From IMG/VR virus record IMGVR_UViG_3300029775_000166, positions 83,914 to 109,453 of that record: DNA of 25,540 nt, one strand, 5' to 3'. Source of the DNA: a virus. Position numbers and translations under genes: made by a program. Under the pieces are notes generated by a model. That model was not told the origin of the DNA, did no database searches, and saw nothing but the letters and a program-made list of their open reading frames with translations. Below, in pieces: positions 19,967 to 25,540 of the stretch (position 1 is the first letter of the stretch; every line of letters starts with the position of its first letter).

Positions 19967-20019
19967 CAAACATACGTTCTGTTGACTTATATAATAACAT
20001 AATATTCTATAATAATCAA
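19967..20019 (-). promoter_or_regulatory. SigA promoter with downstream LexA (Cheo) box
   Basis: Minus strand TTGATT-N17-TATTAT (20019-19991, TG extended). AGAACGTATGTTTG at 19980-19967 matches the Bacillota GAAC-N4-GTTY box. Confidence 0.75.
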
Positions 20020-20060
20020 GTGCGCTTATTAATTGTTTTTTATTATGTCATTAGGAACAT

Positions 20061-20103
20061 AAACTGTTTAGGTGGTTAAACCACCTAACCATATAAACAG
20101 TTT
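20061..20103 (-). terminator. Nested inverted repeats after the mrpR-like gene
   Basis: ttaggtggtt-a-aaccacctaa (20068-20088) plus outer aaactgttta/taaacagttt. Confidence 0.6.
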
Positions 20104-21112
20104 ATAATATATCTAAAACATCCTTAATATTATATCTTAAATTACTTGCAGATATATTAGAACCAAATTCATTAATATATTTTTGGGTTTTATTATCATA
20201 CACTGAAATTCTACGGTCATTTTCATCTTTTTGTAGCAATGCGGTTTTTAAATCAATACCATCATTTGCAAATTGCTCTTTAATATAATTTATTAAACCA
20301 TTTGTATAAATAACAGACATGGATATAAATCTATTTCCTGTTTGTCTTTTGATATAATACATTCGAGATGAAATTGTCCTAAAAGTTATAGGAGTATTTA
20401 CTCTATTTTCTATTTTTTCACCAGCACCTCCGCTGCACCGTTTTAGTATATATTCTGATGGTATAAATGTATTATTCATTTCGTAATCTATATTTGAATT
20501 TTCTATACCATTCGGATAATATACTTTTTGATCATTTGTCTTTACCATTAACTCATATAACAAATCATCTATTATAACTTCTCTACCTGTAATAAGTTTA
20601 ATTTTTTTGGTTCTTTCATCATAATCAGACATTTTTAAATTAATAAGTTCACAAGCATTTTTACCACATATGCCATTATAAAATCCATAGGCTATAAATT
20701 TGTTACTTACATCATAAATTGAATCCAAATATTTTATCATTGTATGTTTTTTAAAATATCTTTGGTTTAGGCTTTCAGCAGGCATTATATTTTTAATTAT
20801 TTCATTGCTTAATGAAGAATCATAGTAATTCGTAGCATCATTGACATAATGTTTTTCATGTAAGCACCAATTATAATAATTTGCTAAATATGCACATCTA
20901 ACCTTTAATGTATCAGGTGAAGTAGAATTATAACTTTTTAGTAGATCAATAACTTGAGGACGGTTAAAATAACACAAATCCATATCCCATTTTTCTTCAG
21001 CAATTGCGGATGTTTTGAACATAGCAATTATCGATTGTTTTGTTGAATCGTCATATTCACTACTATTTAAGTAGTCTAATTTTTGATTTTCATTATACAT
21101 TTTGTTATTCAT
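20102..21112 (-). CDS. mrpR: MrpR/YopR-like master repressor (tyrosine-recombinase fold with degenerate catalytic motifs)
   Basis: MYNENQKLDYL start, DLCYFNRPQV, FYNGICGKNACELINLK (no catalytic Arg), YELMVKTNDQKVYYPNG, no HxxR box. Translationally coupled to the yopQ-like gene, as in SPbeta. Confidence 0.75.
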   Translation of the reverse strand: MNNKMYNENQKLDYLNSSEYDDSTKQSIIAMFKTSAIAEEKWDMDLCYFNRPQVIDLLKSYNSTSPDTLKVRCAYLANYYNWCLHEKHYVNDATNYYDSSLSNEIIKNIMPAESLNQRYFKKHTMIKYLDSIYDVSNKFIAYGFYNGICGKNACELINLKMSDYDERTKKIKLITGREVIIDDLLYELMVKTNDQKVYYPNGIENSNIDYEMNNTFIPSEYILKRCSGGAGEKIENRVNTPITFRTISSRMYYIKRQTGNRFISMSVIYTNGLINYIKEQFANDGIDLKTALLQKDENDRRISVYDNKTQKYINEFGSNISASNLRYNIKDVLDIL

Positions 21113-22364
21113 TCTCATTCACCTCTTTTAATTCATTCATTACTATTGTAACGTGTCTAGGTTTTGGATTTACCTTAAAGCTAAGATTAGAAGATATTTT
21201 ATCAATATCTAATTTATTCACCATGTTAATAAAATCCAATTTATTCTTTATACTATAATATAAAGTAATAATATATATAAACCATTCCTTTTGATTGAAT
21301 TTTTCATCATATAAATTTTTTTCTTCAATAAGGCTATTAATATTTTCCTCAATTGTTTTAAATAACTTTACACTAGTTGCTCTATCAAGCTTATTTTCTT
21401 TATTAAATGTGAAAACAATTGCTTGCCTAATTATAAATAATTCTTTATCAGATAGTTTACCTTGATGATGAAAATTACTACTAGTGTTTAGTCTATTAAC
21501 TAAATAATTAATTTCATCATTTTTTACCATTGTTTCCTTTTGCTCTAATACTAAATGCGTTTTATGATCTTCTTGCCATATAAAACGGTTTGCTTTTTCT
21601 TCATCAAAAACCGTAATATAAAAACCACAATTAAATTTGAACTCTGGATCCTCATCTTTAAGAGAAGTCATCTCTAAATACCTATGAAAACCATCGCTAA
21701 TATCTATTTCTGATTCACTTGGAATAACTAATTTATCATCTTTGGTTATATATGGAGGATCATAATATTCTGGATTTATATTAAGAGTTAATGTATTACT
21801 AATAAATTTATTTTCTTTCATTAGCTTACGAATCTGTTGCCGTGCTTTAGGATTAAGTGTAACTTTTCTAACTTCATTACCCCTTAATGTTGTTCTTAGA
21901 GTCATCCTTCTCTGTATTTTTTCATTGTATCTAATACGTCTAGAATTCCTCCATTTTATTATCTCATCAACAGAAGCAACTACAATAAATTGATCAGGAT
22001 TCAATTGCAGATATTTATCAAATATAATATCTCCTACAGGTTCTTCATCTATAAATTTTTGATCGAAATATTTTTGCTGATTTTCATTAAAATATACATT
22101 TACATCTAATAGATTTGTATCAAATCCATCTTCTCTATTTTTATTTATCTCATATAATACTCGTGTTAATTTATACATAGTATCAAGAGACATTCCTTCA
22201 ACTGGCAATTTACCATTTATAATATCAACAGTATCTCCAGGCGGTACATTATACATATGCACCATACTCTTTTTTAATTGTTCTTTGTATGTTCTTTTTC
22301 CACGATTCAAGTCTGCAATTGCATCACGTAAAACTTCACGTAACGTATCTTCTTTATTAATCAC
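21105..22364 (-). CDS. yopQ: YopQ-like DGQHR/DndB/ParB-N-fold protein
   Basis: YNEKIQRR, FISNTLTLN, IDISDGFHR and ANRFIWQED; directly upstream of the mrpR-like gene. Confidence 0.75.
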   Translation of the reverse strand: MINKEDTLREVLRDAIADLNRGKRTYKEQLKKSMVHMYNVPPGDTVDIINGKLPVEGMSLDTMYKLTRVLYEINKNREDGFDTNLLDVNVYFNENQQKYFDQKFIDEEPVGDIIFDKYLQLNPDQFIVVASVDEIIKWRNSRRIRYNEKIQRRMTLRTTLRGNEVRKVTLNPKARQQIRKLMKENKFISNTLTLNINPEYYDPPYITKDDKLVIPSESEIDISDGFHRYLEMTSLKDEDPEFKFNCGFYITVFDEEKANRFIWQEDHKTHLVLEQKETMVKNDEINYLVNRLNTSSNFHHQGKLSDKELFIIRQAIVFTFNKENKLDRATSVKLFKTIEENINSLIEEKNLYDEKFNQKEWFIYIITLYYSIKNKLDFINMVNKLDIDKISSNLSFKVNPKPRHVTIVMNELKEVNENE

Positions 22365-22410
22365 GAGACTACCCCCTTATTGACAAACTTTTCAAAATTA
22401 TACTATATAA

Positions 22411-22439
22411 ATAGTAACACTGTTATATTTCTTTGTCAA
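22411..22439 (-). promoter_or_regulatory. SigA promoter for yopQ-mrpR
   Basis: Minus strand TTGACA-N17-TACTAT with extended TG. Confidence 0.7.
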
Positions 22440-22496
22440 TAGGCGTAAACAAAATTTTATTATAACAATAAATATATTAAATATATTAAAATTACA

Positions 22497-22913
22497 TTAA
22501 GTTGTAGCATTACAACATTTTTTATTTTCATTTTTTTGACTATTCTTGTGTCTAACGAAAGTTATTACTTTATTTATATCAATTTCACCCTGTATAAGTT
22601 TTGCTACATCTATTCTTATCATATCATCATTAGATAAACTTCCAATTTTAGTTCTTAATCTATGTTTATCAATTATACCTTCCTGTTCTGCTAGTACCAT
22701 AGATTTAACAGGTAGAAATGGAGGGTTTACTATAACATGTACCGGCATATCAGTACGCTTTATTTCACTTGTTAATGGCATATATTGAATAACTTCAGAA
22801 TGTTTTGTTGCAAATTTATTTGATGTAATTACTACTGGTCTATATCCAGATTGAATCCTGCTATCTTCTATTATCGGGATCTCTGCCCAATAAACATCAC
22901 CTTTTTTACACAT
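22497..22913 (-). CDS. mazF: MazF/PemK-family endoribonuclease, orphan
   Basis: KKGDVYWAE, IQSGYRPVVITSN, PLTS, PVHV, SMVLAEQ and IDKHRL..KIGSLS. Catalytic Arg and Thr positions appear retained. Start at ATG 22913 after SD AGGGTG. Confidence 0.92.
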   Translation of the reverse strand: MCKKGDVYWAEIPIIEDSRIQSGYRPVVITSNKFATKHSEVIQYMPLTSEIKRTDMPVHVIVNPPFLPVKSMVLAEQEGIIDKHRLRTKIGSLSNDDMIRIDVAKLIQGEIDINKVITFVRHKNSQKNENKKCCNATT

Positions 22914-22933
22914 AAAAATCACCCTTTCTAGAT

Positions 22934-22972
22934 TCAGCTTGAATCATTATTTTGTTTTGGATATTTGTACAT
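22934..22972 (-). CDS. Possible 12-aa leader peptide MYKYPKQNNDSS
   Basis: Strong SD AGGAGG 8 nt before ATG 22972; the stop lies inside the hairpin gattca-gct-tgaatc. Confidence 0.4.
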   Translation of the reverse strand: MYKYPKQNNDSS

Positions 22973-23083
22973 TATCAAATCCTCCTAACCAAATATATTC
23001 AATTATCATAATTTTTCATATTAATTATATACATTTGACATCGCCTACCTTCTTTATATTTTATTGTTTCAATCATTAAAATA

Positions 23084-23112
23084 AGTATAGCACTAGAAAA
23101 TAAGAATGTCAA
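23084..23112 (-). promoter_or_regulatory. Near-consensus SigA promoter for mazF
   Basis: Minus strand TTGACA-N17-TATACT with extended TG. Confidence 0.75.
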
Positions 23113-23233
23113 GTATAAACATAAATATTTTATTATTTCATTAGATATATAAATTTCACGCACTTTTTTACAACGGAAGTATTCTTAACACTATTTGATA
23201 AAAGAACGCTTTCATCTACACTATTAATATCTG

Positions 23234-23452
23234 TCAATCCCAATTCTGCATTTCACCGCAGTGATGACAGAATATTTCATTTTTACCTAAATCCAATCTA
23301 CCACCACATCGATAACAATAGTATTCATTTTCGTTATATTTTATCGGTTTCTGGTTTAATAAAACATCTTCAATTATCAAACTATCATGTTTGTCACTAA
23401 GTTTAACATTATATTTTTTACATAAATAATAAAATAAATCCCTATCGAACAA
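23234..23452 (-). CDS. Small protein with C-terminal Zn ribbon
   Basis: CYRCG...FCHHCG; TTG start with SD AAGGTG. Confidence 0.75.
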   Translation of the reverse strand: MFDRDLFYYLCKKYNVKLSDKHDSLIIEDVLLNQKPIKYNENEYYCYRCGGRLDLGKNEIFCHHCGEMQNWD

Positions 23453-23566
23453 CTAAATCACCTTTTTTACTTTCTTAATCTTTAATATATATTTTATTAT
23501 ATATTATTATGTCATTAGGTTAATACGTAATATTGCCATCTTCAGTTCAATTTAATTTGTCATTAA

Positions 23567-23797
23567 TTAAATACTTTCCAAATACTCATTGATTGCAGTC
23601 TTAATATGAAATATAGCAAACGCCTTAAAATCTATATTATCTTGTTCATTAAACTCAAATGTCGCTTTCAATAATCCATTAGTCCCTGCATCAAGAATTT
23701 TGTCCATCATATCATCTTTTTTATAATATTTATCTACTGTTTTATATATTAATTCTTGATGGCTCATGAATAAATTAACACGTTCATCGGCTGTCAT
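23567..23797 (-). CDS. Protein resembling sigma-70 region 2 alone
   Basis: LIYKTVDKY...DKILDAGTNGLLKATFEFNEQDNIDFKAFAIFHIKTAINEYL parallels the region 2 pattern LV..IA.KY...DLIQEG.IGL.KA...FD.....FSTYA.WWI...I. No region 3 or 4. Confidence 0.65.
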   Translation of the reverse strand: MTADERVNLFMSHQELIYKTVDKYYKKDDMMDKILDAGTNGLLKATFEFNEQDNIDFKAFAIFHIKTAINEYLESI

Positions 23798-23835
23798 AAG
23801 TTTTTCTCTCTATTCCATTCGTAATTTATTACTAA

Positions 23836-24132
23836 TCAATACAATCTTAGTGCCCATCTGTTATCTTCTTTCATATAAAGCAAAATTACTATCATCTGTA
23901 TATTATTTAAAGTTATTACACAATAATATTTTATTCCAAATAAACGATTATTCTCAAATTTTTCCACTCTATCTATTGCAACCTTTTCACTTGATCCATC
24001 CGGATAAGTATATCTAAAATACAAAGGTTTACAATGACCTTCAGCATCAAAACTTGCTATTACCGGCACATATTTATTCCGTTTTAAATCAAGTTTGAAA
24101 GTTGATTTCGGTGTACTACTGAAAAATGGCAT
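23836..24132 (-). CDS. Small SOS-boxed hypothetical protein (VPVIASFD..G...PLYFR type)
   Basis: Start reassigned to ATG 24132 (SD AAAGGAG); LexA box upstream. Confidence 0.8.
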   Translation of the reverse strand: MPFFSSTPKSTFKLDLKRNKYVPVIASFDAEGHCKPLYFRYTYPDGSSEKVAIDRVEKFENNRLFGIKYYCVITLNNIQMIVILLYMKEDNRWALRLY

Positions 24133-24160
24133 TATATAGACTCCTTTCACGAATTAATAA

Positions 24161-24208
24161 AGAACATTTGTTCTATGTAATAATACCATATTTTCATTAT
24201 GTTTTCAA
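24161..24208 (-). promoter_or_regulatory. SigA promoter with LexA box at the transcription start
   Basis: AGAACATTTGTTCT (24161-24174); minus strand TTGAAA-N17-TATTAT (24208-24180, TG extended). Confidence 0.8.
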
Positions 24209-24267
24209 GTAGGTGGATTATACATTTCTTATACAGTAGTTAATTTTTCTACTTAAAAAATTTTAGA

Positions 24268-24504
24268 TTACCTAATCGCTTCTAAAACTTCTTCAACCCA
24301 TTCAGCATATTCTTCATCATTTTCTCTTTCAATGCTTAATGCTTTTTCAAAACTACAATTATTAATCATCATAGTGTCCATAATTGTCGCTAAATCTTGT
24401 AATGCATATTCTATTTCAGTATCGTTTAACTTCAAACTATAGTTACTCACGTTACTTAATGCTCTTACTATATCGGACACAACACCCCATCTATATTTTT
24501 TCAC
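24268..24504 (-). CDS. Hypothetical protein
   Basis: 78 aa, GTG start, SD AAGGAG. Confidence 0.75.
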   Translation of the reverse strand: MKKYRWGVVSDIVRALSNVSNYSLKLNDTEIEYALQDLATIMDTMMINNCSFEKALSIERENDEEYAEWVEEVLEAIR

Positions 24505-24543
24505 CAGTACTCCTTTTTTGATCGAGTAAGTCTAATCAATCAC

Positions 24544-24876
24544 TTAAAATATTTCTTTAATGTGAATGGTATTTGATTTTCCAAACCATTCCACTTTGTC
24601 AATAATATCTTGTACATAATCGACATCATACATATCGTTCCGCTTAGCAAATCTGTGTGCATACTTTAAAGCCTCCGCTAGATCCTTATAAGATAGCTTT
24701 GAATTAATCATTAATTCATCATCACTGTTTACTACTTCAACATTCTTATATCCTTCAGTTATAAGTCTGTCAGCATCTTCTTTAGCTTCGTTTATATCAT
24801 CATATTCATCCAATACCCAAGGTTCTGTATCTGAAAAGCCCTTGCCTTCTTTGTCTAAATAATTTACTTTATACAC
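24544..24876 (-). CDS. Hypothetical acidic protein
   Basis: 110 aa, GTG start, SD GGAGGT. Confidence 0.8.
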   Translation of the reverse strand: MYKVNYLDKEGKGFSDTEPWVLDEYDDINEAKEDADRLITEGYKNVEVVNSDDELMINSKLSYKDLAEALKYAHRFAKRNDMYDVDYVQDIIDKVEWFGKSNTIHIKEIF

Positions 24877-24916
24877 ATTTTACCTCCCGAAATGATGATT
24901 TCACGAATCTATATTA

Positions 24917-25108
24917 CTAATTACGATTTCTATATTCATTTAATATAACATTTCCTTTTTCCCATCTACCAACTATAAACCCACAATCAGAGCAAATATA
25001 TTGAGTATTATTAATTGGTAGTGGAATTCCTGTAGTGAAATCATATTCTTTGCCTTGCGAAAATTGACCTATATTATCGCTTCCACATTTTGGACATTTA
25101 ATATACAT
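24917..25108 (-). CDS. Zn-ribbon protein
   Basis: CPKCGS...YICSDCG. Confidence 0.8.
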   Translation of the reverse strand: MYIKCPKCGSDNIGQFSQGKEYDFTTGIPLPINNTQYICSDCGFIVGRWEKGNVILNEYRNRN

Positions 25109-25132
25109 ATTCTATCTCTCCCCCCTCTTGTT

Positions 25133-25309
25133 TTAAACTTCTATCAATTCTAAATCATCATTACACATAGGACTATCATCATCACACACTGCTTTATCAC
25201 CATAATAAATAATGCCATCACTTGATGTCAATAAAACACCGCCTTTTACTTCTAAATATTCAGTGTCGTACCCAGCTTCTAAATCATGTTTTGCCTTATA
25301 TTTTGCCAT
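25133..25309 (-). CDS. 58-aa acidic hypothetical protein (MAKYKAKHDLEAGYD...ELIEV)
   Basis: Hand-translated; SD AAGGAGG. Below the ORF-track size cutoff. Confidence 0.7.
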   Translation of the reverse strand: MAKYKAKHDLEAGYDTEYLEVKGGVLLTSSDGIIYYGDKAVCDDDSPMCNDDLELIEV

Positions 25310-25328
25310 TTTACATCCCTCCTTAGAA

Positions 25329-25457
25329 TTATTTACCCTCCAAAATCTCTTTGACCTTTCTTAATTGTTCTAACGAATATACTGATTTATTTCCATATCC
25401 AGAAAACTTTTCTTTAATCCAATCAACCAGATCTTCCTTTTCAAGTTTATAAAGTCT
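25329..25457 (-). pseudogene. C-terminal remnant of a gene interrupted by the IS
   Basis: Start-less frame RLYKLEKEDLVDWIKEKFSG...EILEGK* beginning at the IS end hairpin. Confidence 0.6.
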
Positions 25458-25540
25458 TAGCCGAAAACCACTATCCCTTTAGGGTAGTGGATGAAGGCTT
25501 ATCCCTGCTCTTGAATGTACTTTTCTATAGCTTCTTTGCT
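25458..25540 (-). mobile_element. tnpA: End of an IS200/IS605 element: tnpA 3' end (25499-25540) plus subterminal hairpin
   Basis: Minus-strand frame SKEAIEKYIQEQG* matches the Y1 HUH transposase catalytic helix (I..YI..Q), followed by the hairpin ccactatccctttagggtagtgg. Confidence 0.8.

Noticed and set aside
20102-21118. Active integrase
   Set aside because: The catalytic Arg and HxxR boxes are missing and no att site is evident; it fits the MrpR-type repressor better.
21105-22364. Dnd phosphorothioation system
   Set aside because: Only a DndB-like DGFHR domain is present with no dndACDE; the context matches yopQ.
12113-23519. CRISPR array or iterons
   Set aside because: The repeats are short, dispersed and irregularly spaced; no cas genes or tandem repeats were seen.
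1512-24017. All plus-strand ORFs in the track and the nested minus-strand ORFs 12311-12499, 13655-14044 and 15867-16055
   Set aside because: They are shadows or alternative frames of better supported genes, with S/L/I-rich composition and no recognisable motifs.
22914-24500. Arbitrium aimR/aimP
   Set aside because: No TPR-rich ~380-aa regulator and no signal-peptide-bearing small ORF in this window.

Overview
Very AT-rich segment of a large SPbeta-like temperate phage or prophage, probably from a clostridial (Bacillota) host. Essentially all real genes are on the minus strand. In transcription order (right to left) it carries: (1) the 3' end of an IS200/IS605 tnpA inserted into a small gene; (2) small early genes, including a LexA-boxed pair ending in a 76-aa protein resembling sigma-70 region 2 alone; (3) a regulatory block with an orphan MazF/PemK RNase, a YopQ-like DGFHR protein, an MrpR/YopR-like catalytically dead tyrosine-recombinase repressor and a LexA-boxed small gene; (4) an accessory block with a 681-aa/129-aa pair, two disrupted genes, a candidate structured ncRNA closed by a 19-bp inverted repeat, and a Thg1-like guanylyltransferase; (5) a yorF-yorL-like replication module (SSB-like, AAA ATPase, Zn protein, DnaB, primase, RecJ, DnaE) followed by a truncated RecD2. 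A strand-specific intergenic motif (minus strand CCTAATG followed by an A/T-rich tail) recurs 7-8 times. Family assignments come from motif recognition and recollection, not database searches.
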